64,000 nt of DNA. Origin: Candidatus Azotimanducaceae bacterium (lineage in GTDB: Bacteria > Pseudomonadota > Gammaproteobacteria > Pseudomonadales > Azotimanducaceae). The DNA lies in NCBI GenBank assembly GCA_965199915.1, contig OZ241348.1, forward strand, positions 4,622,414 through 4,686,413, given 5' to 3'. This document shows, in pieces, positions 38,410-47,699 of the stretch. Numbering within the stretch: the first letter of the stretch is position 1; every line of letters begins with the position of its first letter. A program made the position numbers and the translations under genes. The notes beneath the pieces were generated by a model. It worked only from the letters and a program-made list of their open reading frames with translations, did not search any database and was not told the origin of the DNA.

Positions 38410-39666
38410 GTGGAAGATCTCATTCAAACCAACTACGCGCTGGACACCTTCTACTTTCTGTTGATGGGTGTGCTGGTGATGTTCATGGCGTGCGGCTTTT
38501 CGATGCTCGAAGCCGGCATGGTGCGCGCCAAGAACACCACCGAAATCCTCACCAAGAACGTGGCGCTCTACTCCATCGCGTGCATCATGTACCTGCTGGT
38601 TGGCTACAACCTCATGTACATGGACGCGCCGGAAGGGGGATGGCTGCCCAGTTTTGGCTGGTTGATCGGCGTGGAGAACACCACCGAGCAGATCGTCGGC
38701 GGCACCGCCGGCGGCGTGGCCACGGATCACTCGGAGCGTTCGGACTACTTCTTCCAAGTGGTGTTCGTGGCCACCGCCATGTCCATTGTCTCCGGCGCGG
38801 TGGCGGAGCGCATGAAGCTGTGGGCGTTCCTCGTCTTCGCCGTGGTGATGACCGGCGTCATCTATCCGGTGCAGGGCATGTGGACTTGGGGCGGCGGCGG
38901 GTTGAACGAGTTCGGCTACTCGGACTTCGCCGGCTCCGGCATCGTTCACCTTTGCGGCGCGGCGGCGGCTTTGGCCGGCGTCATTCTGCTCGGCCCGCGC
39001 AGCGGCAAGTACCGGCCCGATGGCGCGGCCAACGCCCTCCCCGGCTGCAACATGCCGTTGGCGACGCTCGGCATGTTCATCCTCTGGTTCGGCTGGTTCG
39101 GCTTCAACGGCGGCTCGGAACTCAAGATCTCCAACGTGGACGAAGCGAACGCGGTGGCGCAGGTGTTCGTGAACACCAACATCGCCGCCTGCGGCGGCTT
39201 GGTGGCGGCGTTGGTTCTTGCCCGGGCGTGGTTCGGCAAGGCGGACCTGACCATGGCGCTGAACGGCGCGTTGGCGGGCTTGGTAGCCATCACCGCCGAC
39301 CCGCTTTCCCCGTCGCCTTTCTGGGCGATGTTGATCGGCGCGGTGGGCGGCTTGATCGTGTTGGCGTCCATCGTCCTGCTGGACAAGATCAAAATCGACG
39401 ACCCGGTGGGCGCCATCAGCGTTCACGGCACCTGCGGCATCTGGGGCGTCATGGCCGTTGTGTTCAACAACGGCGACGCGACGGTGGGCGGCCAGCTGGT
39501 CGGCATCTTCGTCATCTTCGTGTGGGTGTTCTTGGCGGCTTCGATCGTCTGGGGGATTCTCAAGGTGACGATGGGCATCCGCGTCTCCGAGGAAGAGGAG
39601 CAGGAGGGCGTGGACCTCTCCGAAACCGGGATCGATGCCTACCCGGAGTTCGTGCAAGCCGCTTAG
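38410..39666 (+). CDS. amtB: ammonium transporter
   Basis: GTG 38410. Polytopic membrane protein with GFSMLEAGMVRAKN ... DFAGSGIVHLCGG-like ... WFGWFGFNGGS motifs. The upstream part of the 509-aa track ORF is rejected. Confidence 0.93.
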   Translation: MEDLIQTNYALDTFYFLLMGVLVMFMACGFSMLEAGMVRAKNTTEILTKNVALYSIACIMYLLVGYNLMYMDAPEGGWLPSFGWLIGVENTTEQIVGGTAGGVATDHSERSDYFFQVVFVATAMSIVSGAVAERMKLWAFLVFAVVMTGVIYPVQGMWTWGGGGLNEFGYSDFAGSGIVHLCGAAAALAGVILLGPRSGKYRPDGAANALPGCNMPLATLGMFILWFGWFGFNGGSELKISNVDEANAVAQVFVNTNIAACGGLVAALVLARAWFGKADLTMALNGALAGLVAITADPLSPSPFWAMLIGAVGGLIVLASIVLLDKIKIDDPVGAISVHGTCGIWGVMAVVFNNGDATVGGQLVGIFVIFVWVFLAASIVWGILKVTMGIRVSEEEEQEGVDLSETGIDAYPEFVQAA

Positions 39667-39696
39667 ATCCTTGGCTGAGCCCGACGTCTTGATGAA

Positions 39697-39721
39697 GGGG
39701 CACCGATCGGTGCCCCTTTTT
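39697..39721 (+). terminator. Rho-independent terminator after amtB
   Basis: ggggcaccgatcggtgcccc is a perfect GC-rich hairpin followed by ttttt. Confidence 0.8.
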
Positions 39722-39850
39722 CGCGCACCGGCCGCCGTGCCACGCGGCGGCTTTTCTTTCCCCGATCCGGCCCTTTCTTTTCCCTCAACGCCTTGGCTAT
39801 GATGTGCGCTGTCCGCCCAACCCCGTGGTCGCATCGTCTGGGGAGCGAAA

Positions 39851-40810
39851 GTGTTGATGAGAACTGCCGCGTGTTCTTGCGTTTTGAGCCTCGCCGCATC
39901 CTTCGCCATGCCAGTCACCGCCGAAGACATCTTTGACGAAGTGGAGCACCGCTACGCGGTCAACGGCGACGTGCGCATCCACTACGCGGTGACGGGGCCG
40001 AAAGACGCGCCCTTGGTGGTGTTTCTACACGGCTTTCCGGACTTCTGGTACTCGTGGCGCGAGCAGATGGCCGCGCTGCGCGACCGCTTCCAAGTCGCGG
40101 CGCTGGATTTGCGCGGCTACAACCGCAGCGACAAGCCAAAGGGAGTGGCCAACTACGCCATGCCGCACTTGGTTGCGGACGTGGCCGCCGTCATCGCCGC
40201 CGAAAAGCGCGAGCAGGCGGTGGTGGTGGGCCACGACTGGGGCGGCGCGGTGGCGTGGAACGTGGCCATGACGCGACCGGAGCTGGTGCGCCTGCTGGTG
40301 ATTCTGAACCTGCCGCATCCGCGCGGCCTCTTCCGCGAACTCACCACCAACGCCGCGCAACGCCGCAACAGCCAGTACGCCTTCAACTTCCAGCAGCCGG
40401 ACGCGCACAAGACGCTCACCGCCCAAGGGCTGGCGTTCTGGGTGCGCGATCCCGAGGCCAAGAAACGCTATGTCGCGGCTTTCGAGCAGTCGGACTTCGA
40501 GGCCATGCTGAACTACTACAAGGCGAATTACCCGCGGCCGCCCGAACCCGCCGCCGAGGGCGCCGCGCCAACCACGGCGGGCACCGGTCTCGCCGCCCCC
40601 GACATGCCCAACGTGCGCTGTCCGGTGTTGATGTTCCACGGTTTGGACGACACCGCGTTGCTGCCGGGCGCGCTCGCCGGAACGTGGAACTGGGTGGACG
40701 CCGACCTCACGCTGGTGACCATTCCGGGCGCCGACCATTTCGTGCAGCAGGACGCGAGCGACTTGGTTTCCACCACCATGCGCGACTGGCTCTTGCGGCG
40801 CGCGGACTGA
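39851..40810 (+). CDS. alpha/beta hydrolase (epoxide-hydrolase-like), exported
   Basis: Signal-like N-terminus, [21 protein letters not shown] nucleophile elbow. Confidence 0.85.
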   Translation: MLMRTAACSCVLSLAASFAMPVTAEDIFDEVEHRYAVNGDVRIHYAVTGPKDAPLVVFLHGFPDFWYSWREQMAALRDRFQVAALDLRGYNRSDKPKGVANYAMPHLVADVAAVIAAEKREQAVVVGHDWGGAVAWNVAMTRPELVRLLVILNLPHPRGLFRELTTNAAQRRNSQYAFNFQQPDAHKTLTAQGLAFWVRDPEAKKRYVAAFEQSDFEAMLNYYKANYPRPPEPAAEGAAPTTAGTGLAAPDMPNVRCPVLMFHGLDDTALLPGALAGTWNWVDADLTLVTIPGADHFVQQDASDLVSTTMRDWLLRRAD

Positions 40811-40822
40811 CCGGACAACGAC

Positions 40823-41920
40823 TTGCCGGACCTCGGCGAGATACCGCTCTGGGAGGGCGCGGTCCCAGCGGCGCAGGGAAACGACCCGGCCGACTTGCCC
40901 CGCATCACGGCCCACCTGCCCGAAAGCGCGCCCACGGGCGTGGGCGTTGTGGTGGCGCCGGGCGGCGGCTACCGCATCCTCGCCTCCGACCACGAAGGCC
41001 TGCAGGTGGCGCGTTGGCTGAACCGGCGCGGCATCGCCGCCTTCGTGCTGCGCTACCGCCTCGGCCCCCGCTATCACTCCGACATCTCCTTGCGCGACGG
41101 CTTGCGCGCCGTGCGTTTGGCGCGCAGCCGCGCCGGCGCGTTTGGCGTGGCAGCGGACCGCCTGGGCATGTTGGGCTTCTCCGCCGGCGGCCACTTGACG
41201 GTGGCGGTGGGCACGCGCTGGGACGAAGGCGACCCGGCATCGGACGACCCCGTGGAACGCGTTTCGAGCCGGCCGGACTTCCTCGTGCCGGTATACGCCG
41301 TAACCAACGGCGTGCTGCGCGGACGCAAGGCGGACGAATACACGCCGGCGGACGTCCGCGTGGACCGCCGCACGCCGCCCGCGTTCTTGGTTCACAGCCA
41401 CGAGGACGGCATCGTGCCGGCCTCCCAATCCACGTTGTTCTACGACGCGCTGCTGCGCGCCGGGGTGCCGGCCGAACTGCATGTCTTCGGCCACGGCGGC
41501 CACGGCATGGGGCTCGGCGTCGGCGACCCGGACTTCGGCGGCTGGCCGAAACTGCTGCTCAACTGGCTGCGGCGGCGCGGATTGCTCACCGCCAAGGCGC
41601 GCGTCCCGGTGCGCGGGCGTGCAACGCTGCGCGGCCAGCCGATGGGCATGACGTGGGTGACGTTGCTGCCCGTGGACGACAACGCCCCGCCGGCGGGAGC
41701 GCACATCTCCAAGGGCAAGGACGGGTGTTTCGCCATAGCGGCCGCGGACGGCGTGGTGCCGGGGCCGCATCGCGTCTCGCTGACGCACTTGAGCGAGCAG
41801 TTCCTGCCCACCAACACCGGTGTTTACACCTTGCCGGACGCGCGTCGCTACGACCTCGGCGTGCTGGAGGTTGGCGAACGACCGCTCCTGCTGGACGCCG
41901 CGGACGCCACCGGCGATTAG
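40823..41920 (+). CDS. alpha/beta hydrolase (esterase/lipase-like) with extra C-terminal beta-rich domain
   Basis: VVVAPGGGY ... GMLGFSAGGHL (GxSxG) ... HGGHG. TTG start is uncertain. Confidence 0.75.
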   Translation: MPDLGEIPLWEGAVPAAQGNDPADLPRITAHLPESAPTGVGVVVAPGGGYRILASDHEGLQVARWLNRRGIAAFVLRYRLGPRYHSDISLRDGLRAVRLARSRAGAFGVAADRLGMLGFSAGGHLTVAVGTRWDEGDPASDDPVERVSSRPDFLVPVYAVTNGVLRGRKADEYTPADVRVDRRTPPAFLVHSHEDGIVPASQSTLFYDALLRAGVPAELHVFGHGGHGMGLGVGDPDFGGWPKLLLNWLRRRGLLTAKARVPVRGRATLRGQPMGMTWVTLLPVDDNAPPAGAHISKGKDGCFAIAAADGVVPGPHRVSLTHLSEQFLPTNTGVYTLPDARRYDLGVLEVGERPLLLDAADATGD

Positions 41921-41939
41921 AACGCGTTCGCCGGCCCGG

Positions 41940-42842
41940 TCAACCAGCCGCGGCCAGCACCGGAATGGGCTGGTTCTGCTTCGCGTAGGGGAACACGTCC
42001 GCGAAGCCGGCGAGCGCGCGGAACAGTTCGGGATCGTCGCAGTCCTCCGCGAGTTCTTGCGGGAAGGTGCCTTGAATGTCCTCTTGCGACGTCACCATCA
42101 CATGCCGGTAGTAGTTGGCGATGGAGAGCCGCATGCCGGGAATCACGCGCGGAAACGCGCCGTGCCAAGTGGCGCCGTGGAAGACGATGACGGAGCCTTT
42201 CGGACATTCCACCGGCACCGCCTCCTCTGCCGCGCGGGGCTGGTCGGGCCGTCGTCCACGCCGATGCGAACCCGGCACATAGGCGAAGGCGCCGCCCTCC
42301 TTGGTGTAGTCCGTAAGGCACCAGTTGGTGTTGGCGGTGAGCGCCGTCCGCCCCCAGGGCAGCGGCAAGGCGGTCTGATCCGCGTGCAGGCCGAGGGTCG
42401 GCCCGTAGCCGAACGCGCCCTGCCACTTCACGAACGAGTTGTGGCTTGAGAAGCGGGCGAACGCTTGGCCGATCATGTGCCGCATCAACGCCACCGCGGC
42501 CGGATTCACGGCCAGATCGCGGAACAGACGGTGCACGCGGCCCAGCTGCTGAATCAGGAACTGGCTTGGGCGGCGGTTTTCCTTGTCCACCGCCGCGAGC
42601 CCGCTCGCATTCGGCGCGAAGTCCAACGCGGTGTGCGGCCCGCGCGCCAAGCTGAACGGGCAGCCGACCATCTCCTCGCTCTTGGCGAGCAGCAGTTCCA
42701 CCATCCGGTCGATGCGGTCCATGCCCACGCCGTGAACTTTCGGCGGCAGCACGGTGAGGCCATCGACCTCCAGATCCAACACGTGCTGTTCCAGCCGGAG
42801 TTCCTTCACCTCGTCGCTGAGCTTGGTTGGCATGGGCCGCAC
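41940..42842 (-). CDS. phytanoyl-CoA dioxygenase (PhyH) family Fe(II)/2-oxoglutarate oxygenase
   Basis: LGLHADQTALP ... VFHGATWHGAFPR pattern. 300 aa. Confidence 0.8.
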   Translation of the reverse strand: MRPMPTKLSDEVKELRLEQHVLDLEVDGLTVLPPKVHGVGMDRIDRMVELLLAKSEEMVGCPFSLARGPHTALDFAPNASGLAAVDKENRRPSQFLIQQLGRVHRLFRDLAVNPAAVALMRHMIGQAFARFSSHNSFVKWQGAFGYGPTLGLHADQTALPLPWGRTALTANTNWCLTDYTKEGGAFAYVPGSHRRGRRPDQPRAAEEAVPVECPKGSVIVFHGATWHGAFPRVIPGMRLSIANYYRHVMVTSQEDIQGTFPQELAEDCDDPELFRALAGFADVFPYAKQNQPIPVLAAAG

Positions 42843-42856
42843 CCGCCGGCGGTCGC

Positions 42857-44497
42857 TTAAGCGGCGTGGCGCAGCACGCGCCCGGCGCGCGCGCCGGTGT
42901 GCTCGCCGTCTTCCAGCGTCACCGCGCCGTTGACGATGGTGGCCTTGTAGCCCTTGGACTTCTGGATGTAGCGCGGAGCGCCGCCGGGGAAGTCGTGTAC
43001 CAGCTCGGGCTGGCGTTCGGCGACGTTGGCGGGATCCAACACGTTCACGTCCGCCTTCATGCCGGTAGCCAAGGTGCCGCGGTCCGCCAATCCCAACACC
43101 CGCGCCGGGCCGGAGGTCAGGCGTCGGACGCCTTCCTCCAAGCTATAGAGCCCGGCGGCGCGGATCCAGTGCGAAAGCACGAAACTCGGCCAGCCGGCGT
43201 CCATGATTTGGGAGACGTGCGCGCCGGCGTCGCCGAGGCTGGGGAAGATGTGCTCGCTCTTGAACAGATCGCCGAGCTCTTTGAGGCTTTGGTTGAACAT
43301 GCGCAGGTTGAAGAGCGCCTTGCCGTCCGTCTCGTCCGAGAGGCGCAGGAAGGTCTCCACCCAGTGTTCGCCGGCGGCGGCGGCTTGCGCTTCCAAGTTC
43401 TGCTCCGGCGGGGCGGTGTAGTTCGGGGATTCGCCATCGCCGAGGTAGAACACGTTGGTCATCGGGAAACGGCGCTTCATGTCGCGGCCCTCGGCCGCCA
43501 ACTTGGCGCGAACGTCCGCGTCGCGGATGGCCGCCAGCCGTTCGGCAAGGCCCATCTTGCGCAGCTTTTCCCACGTCTCGCCCTGCACCGGCAGCGCGGA
43601 TTGCAGACCGAACATGAAGCCGGAGCCGCGCACTTGGGTGATGGCCGTGAGGTCGCCGTGCTTGCACAGCTTGGCCAGGTTCTCCGCCTGCGCCTTGCCG
43701 GAACCGGGCTGCGGCCCGGTGCCGTAGCTGAAGAGAATGCGGCCGCCGGTGGTCTCGGCCATGGCCTTCAACACGTCGAAATTCGCGCCGACGGCTTGCA
43801 TCAAGCCGTTGCGCGGCCCAACCGCCTTGGCGATCTCCACGAGCTCGACCGGGTCGGCGAAGGTGCCGGGAATGGAGCGCCCGTCCGGCAGCTTGTGCGG
43901 CGGGTAGCGATTGGTGGAAAAGCCAACGGCGCCGGCGTCGATGGATTTCGCCACCACGTTCGCCATTTGCGCGCGTTCCTCCGGCGTCGCCTGCTCTTCC
44001 ACGGCGCGCTCGCCCATGACGTAGAAGCGCACGGCGCAGTGGCCCACCATGCCGGCCACGTTCAACGCCGGATCGAGGCCCTCGATGGCGTCCAAATAGC
44101 CGCCGTAATCCTCCCAATTCCACGGCAGGCCGGTGAGGATGGCGTTCTTGGGGATGTCCTCCACCGTTTCCATCATCGCCGCCAGGAGTTCCACGTCCCG
44201 CGGCTTGCAGGGCGCGAACGTGACGCCGCAGTTGCCGAGCAGGGCGGTGGTCACGCCGTGCCAACTCACCGGCGTCATTTCCGGATCCCAGCCGATCTGG
44301 GCGTCCAAGTGGGTGTGCAGGTCCACGAAGCCGGGCGTTACCGCCATGCCCTTGGCGTCGATTTCGCGCTTGCCCTTGCCGGCCACTTGGCCGATGGCGG
44401 TGATGCGGTCGCCGTCGATGGCGAGGTCGCCCTGCCGCGGCGCGGCGCCGGTTCCGTCCACGAGGTCGCCGCCCCGAATCACGATGTCGTGTGTCAT
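42857..44497 (-). CDS. N-acyl-D-amino-acid deacylase (D-aminoacylase) family amidohydrolase
   Basis: MTHDIVIRGGDLVDGTGAAPRQGDLAIDGDRITAIG ... PGFVDLHTHLD. 546 aa. Confidence 0.88.
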   Translation of the reverse strand: MTHDIVIRGGDLVDGTGAAPRQGDLAIDGDRITAIGQVAGKGKREIDAKGMAVTPGFVDLHTHLDAQIGWDPEMTPVSWHGVTTALLGNCGVTFAPCKPRDVELLAAMMETVEDIPKNAILTGLPWNWEDYGGYLDAIEGLDPALNVAGMVGHCAVRFYVMGERAVEEQATPEERAQMANVVAKSIDAGAVGFSTNRYPPHKLPDGRSIPGTFADPVELVEIAKAVGPRNGLMQAVGANFDVLKAMAETTGGRILFSYGTGPQPGSGKAQAENLAKLCKHGDLTAITQVRGSGFMFGLQSALPVQGETWEKLRKMGLAERLAAIRDADVRAKLAAEGRDMKRRFPMTNVFYLGDGESPNYTAPPEQNLEAQAAAAGEHWVETFLRLSDETDGKALFNLRMFNQSLKELGDLFKSEHIFPSLGDAGAHVSQIMDAGWPSFVLSHWIRAAGLYSLEEGVRRLTSGPARVLGLADRGTLATGMKADVNVLDPANVAERQPELVHDFPGGAPRYIQKSKGYKATIVNGAVTLEDGEHTGARAGRVLRHAA

Positions 44498-44582
44498 TGA
44501 AATCTCTCCATTTGGAATTGCTCAGCCTCCCTCAGAGGAGGCGTCGCGTGTAGTGGGTTTGTAGTCCAACGCCGGGTGCCGG

Positions 44583-45506
44583 TCAATCGAAGGCGGCGAC
44601 GATCTCCTCCTCCAAGCGCTCGAAGGCCTCGGTGTTGCCGGTGGGTACGCCGCCGAACATGATCTCCGCAACCCCCTCGCGCTCGAACGCGCCGATGCGG
44701 TCGATGATCTCGTTGGCGGGGCCGGCCATGGAACCGGGGCCCAGCGCCCGTTGGAAGCGCTCGATGCGCTGCTTGTCGTCCGTGATCTGCACGGGCATCA
44801 GCAATGTGCGCTTGATCTCGGACGGGTCGCGTCCGACGTTGGCGCAGTGCTTCTCCAACACGCCGATCTTGTGCCGGTACACCTCGAGGGACATGCCCTG
44901 CCCGGCCCAGCCGTCCAAGTTGAAGATGTCGCCGAACAGGGCCAGCGTGCGCAACGTGCGCCGTTCGCCGGTGCCGCCCACCATGATGGGGATGTGCGGC
45001 TTTTGGTGGCAACCCGGGGAAAGCGGCGCTTGCTCCAGCCGGTAGTACTTGCCGTTGTAATCCACCGGCCCCGCGGACGTGAAGAGCAAACGCAGCAGTT
45101 CGCAGGCTTCCTGGAAGCGGTCCTGCCGCTCCTTCATGGAAGGGAAGGTCCAGCCGTACGCTTCGTGTTCGCGTTTGAACCACGCCGCCCCCAGCGCCAG
45201 CTCGAAACGGCCTTCGGAAGCGTGATCCAGCGTGGTCGCCATCTTGGCGAGCAACGCCGGGTTGCGGTAGGTGTTGCCGAGCACCAAGTGGCCAAGGCGC
45301 AGCGTTTTTGTCATGCCGGCGGCCACGGCGATGAGGGTGTAGCCCTCGAACGCGGAGAGATGCTCATCTTCGCGCCGTCCCGGCGGCGGCAGGAAGTGGT
45401 CCGCGAACCAGACGCTGTTCCAACGCCGCCCGTCCATCGCCAAGATGGACGCCTTGATGGCATCCCAAGTGGTGCGGTAGCAGTTCACTTGCACACCGAA
45501 CTTCAT
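44583..45506 (-). CDS. LLM-class (luciferase-like) flavin/F420-dependent oxidoreductase
   Basis: MKFGVQV ... WFADHF ... LGLGAAW-like (LALGAAWFKREHEAYG) pattern. 307 aa. Confidence 0.85.
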   Translation of the reverse strand: MKFGVQVNCYRTTWDAIKASILAMDGRRWNSVWFADHFLPPPGRREDEHLSAFEGYTLIAVAAGMTKTLRLGHLVLGNTYRNPALLAKMATTLDHASEGRFELALGAAWFKREHEAYGWTFPSMKERQDRFQEACELLRLLFTSAGPVDYNGKYYRLEQAPLSPGCHQKPHIPIMVGGTGERRTLRTLALFGDIFNLDGWAGQGMSLEVYRHKIGVLEKHCANVGRDPSEIKRTLLMPVQITDDKQRIERFQRALGPGSMAGPANEIIDRIGAFEREGVAEIMFGGVPTGNTEAFERLEEEIVAAFD

Positions 45507-45582
45507 AGGCCCCTCCCCGTTGCCCGTTTACCGAAGTGTACTACCCCGGCGTGTTAGTGGCGCATCGTCCCGCGGCGCGGCT

Positions 45583-46452
45583 TCAATCAACCCGCACGGC
45601 GCCGGACGCCCGCCGGCGCTGCCGCTGTGCCCGCCGCTCCTCTCCCATGCGCCGCAACTCGGGCAGATCCGCCGCGCCGAACGTCATGTAGGTCTCGCGC
45701 CACTGCCCGCCTTCGCCCCAGCGCACCGGCACCGGCAGCGTCGCGCGCGGCGCGCGCGCTTCTGCAAACAAGCGCAACGCCGCCGCCACGGTGTCGCGCT
45801 GCATGGCGCGGTCGTACGGTTTGCCGCAGGGGTTGCCGAGCGGAAAGTCCGTGAACGCGAAGCGCGGCACGCCGCAATGCTCCACCACATCGCGCGCCGA
45901 GCCGAGGATCACGGTGGGCAAGCCGTTCGCTTCGAGGTGCCGGGCGACCAGACCCACGGTCTGGTGGCACACCGGTCACAACGGCACGAGCAGCGCGATG
46001 TCCGCGCCGTCCTGCCGACAGCGCTTGAGCAGCTCCGGCGCGTCGAACGCGCGCGTGCGCCTCTGGCTGTATTCGGTGGGCGCGCAGTGGAAGCGTTGCG
46101 CCAAGCCGCCCAAGCGGCCTTCGGCCACTAGGTCTTCGAGCGCCTCAATGGGCAGGTAGGTACCGCGGTCGTCCATGTGCGTGGCTTGCCGGTGCCAAGC
46201 GAGATCGCCGGCGAACAGCCGCTCCGGCGGATGCGCCGTGGACGCGGACGCGACGAAGCGCGGTTCGGACTCTTGGCGGTCGTACAGCGCGCCGGTGGTT
46301 ACGAGCGCCAAGGTGGCGCGCGCCAGCGGCTTGGACAGCGGCGCGAAGGGCACGTCCTCAAAACGCGCCCACGCATACGGCTTCGCAAAGCCCTGCGCCT
46401 CGTAGTAGCGCCGGGTGCGCTCCATGTACCGGACGGGTTCGCTCACGCGCAA
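45583..46452 (-). CDS. GrdB/PrdB-like reductase family protein with in-frame TGA (candidate selenocysteine at 45976..45978)
   Basis: Track ORFs 45976..46452 and 45583..45972 are in the same frame, separated only by TGA-CCG. The junction reads DIALLVPL-U-PVCHQTVGLVARHLEANGLPTV (U-x-x-C). A SECIS-like hairpin begins 6 nt downstream. Confidence 0.6.
45937..45970 (-). ncRNA. SECIS-like stem-loop within the coding sequence
   Basis: The RNA is GUGCC-A-CCAGACC-GUG-GGUCUGG-UCGCCC-GGCAC. It has a 7-bp apical stem plus a 5-bp basal stem. The apical loop lies about 20 nt after the UGA. Confidence 0.5.
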
Positions 46453-46548
46453 GGATCATACACCCTCGCCGCTGGCGGTCCCGTCGCGTCTGGAGCGGTA
46501 TTATCGCCTTGGGATTCACGGTCGAAGACACGGGGCGGAGGCGCAAGC

Positions 46549-46773
46549 ATGGACTATCGAGGGCTAATCACTATCGAGCCGGGCAAGCGGGGTGGCAAGC
46601 CTTGCATCAGGGGCATGAGGATCACGGTCTACGATGTCCTCGAATACTTGGCGGCTGGCATGAGCTACGACGAGGTGCTTGGCGAGTTTCCGTATCTGCG
46701 CCGAGAGGACATTCTCGCCTGCTTGAGCTTTGTGGCGGACCGAGAGCGCAAGGCCTTGGTCGTGGATGGATGA
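46549..46773 (+). CDS. DUF433 protein (antitoxin-like partner of DUF5615)
   Basis: MDYRGLITIEPGKRGGKPCIRGMRITVYDVLEYLAAGMSYDEVLGEFPYLRREDILACLSF is the canonical DUF433 pattern. ATGA overlap with the next gene. Confidence 0.85.
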   Translation: MDYRGLITIEPGKRGGKPCIRGMRITVYDVLEYLAAGMSYDEVLGEFPYLRREDILACLSFVADRERKALVVDG

Positions 46774-47103
46774 AACTGCTTTTCGATCAGAACTTACCGC
46801 CACGCTTGGAGCGAACCTTGGTCGATCTGTTTTCCCGGTTCACGCCATGTTGGTGGTTTGGGGCTTGACCGAGCATCCGACAGTGAAATCTGGACATTCG
46901 CCCGTGGGCACGGGTTCACCATCGTCACCAAGGACACGGATTTCGAGGAGCTCAATGTCGTTCTTGGATTCCCACCCAAGACAGTGCTGATCCGCGGCGC
47001 AAATCGCAGCACTGGGGAAGTGGAAAAACTGTTGCGGGAACGCTCTCCAGCCATCCTCGCACATCGCGAGAACAAGCAGTCTGGAACCTTGGTGTTGCTT
47101 TGA
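46770..47103 (+). pseudogene. DUF5615 (PIN-like) protein, frameshifted in a T-run
   Basis: Frame A: MKLLFDQNLPPRLERTLVDLF then stop at 46866..46868. The other frame gives PGSRHVGGLGLDRASDSEIWTFARGHGFTIVTKDTDFEEL to 47103. The switch is at tttt 46830..46833, one T more than an intact frame requires. Confidence 0.8.
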
Positions 47104-47299
47104 GTCGCAGGCGTTTTCTCTGCCTGTGGTGCCTGTGGTTGAGAAGGATGGCGAAACGACGCGCCACATGGTTGGCGACGGCGACGACGGGGCATTGCGA
47201 TCGGGGGCGGACGGTACGCCCAACTGCCGTTTTCAGTAGAATCCACCATCTTGCGACCGCGGCTCAATCACGGTCAACGTAAGAGGAGGGGAACAAAAC

Positions 47300-47602
47300 A
47301 TGGCTGCCTTGGCACCCGGCAAGCGAATGAAGAGCGCTGTCTGCGCGACCGAGATCATGGTTATCACCGCGCCCGATGGGGAGGTGGACCTGCGCTGTGG
47401 CGGGGCGACGATGGCGGAGGATGGCGCCGGCGCCGGCAGCGTCGACCCGGCGCACGCCAAGGGCAGCGCCATCGGCAAGCGCTACGTCAACGGCGACGGT
47501 TCGCTGGAAGTGTTGTGCGTGAAAGCCGGCGACGGCTCGCTCGCGGTGGGCAACGACGCGCTCGCCGTGAAGGACGCCAAGAAGCTGCCAAAGACCGACT
47601 AG
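47300..47602 (+). CDS. small conserved hypothetical protein
   Basis: 100 aa. GKRYV...LEVLCVKAGDGSL ... AKKLP resembles a widespread small protein family with a degenerate zinc-ribbon-like pattern. No function is inferred. Confidence 0.5.
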   Translation: MAALAPGKRMKSAVCATEIMVITAPDGEVDLRCGGATMAEDGAGAGSVDPAHAKGSAIGKRYVNGDGSLEVLCVKAGDGSLAVGNDALAVKDAKKLPKTD

Positions 47603-47603
47603 G

Positions 47604-47644
47604 CGCGCCCTGCAGGGCGCGTTGGAGTTTGCTGGCGCAAACTC
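47604..47644 (+). terminator. two tandem GC-rich hairpins after the small ORF (possible terminator)
   Basis: cgcgccc-tgca-gggcgcg (47604..47621) followed by ttggagttt. A second hairpin gagtttgc-tggc-gcaaactc lies at 47625..47644. The T-tract is weak. Confidence 0.35.
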
Positions 47645-47699
47645 TGCGCTCGGCGTGTGAACATCACTTGCGCCATTATTCGCCATTGAGGACGCGGTC

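Noticed and set aside
45583-46452. Reading the two same-frame ORFs as a nonsense-mutated pseudogene or as two separate genes.
   Set aside because: Not fully excluded, but less likely. The stop is TGA exactly where a redox U/C-x-x-C centre is expected in this family, a stable hairpin follows at SECIS distance, and both halves are otherwise undamaged.
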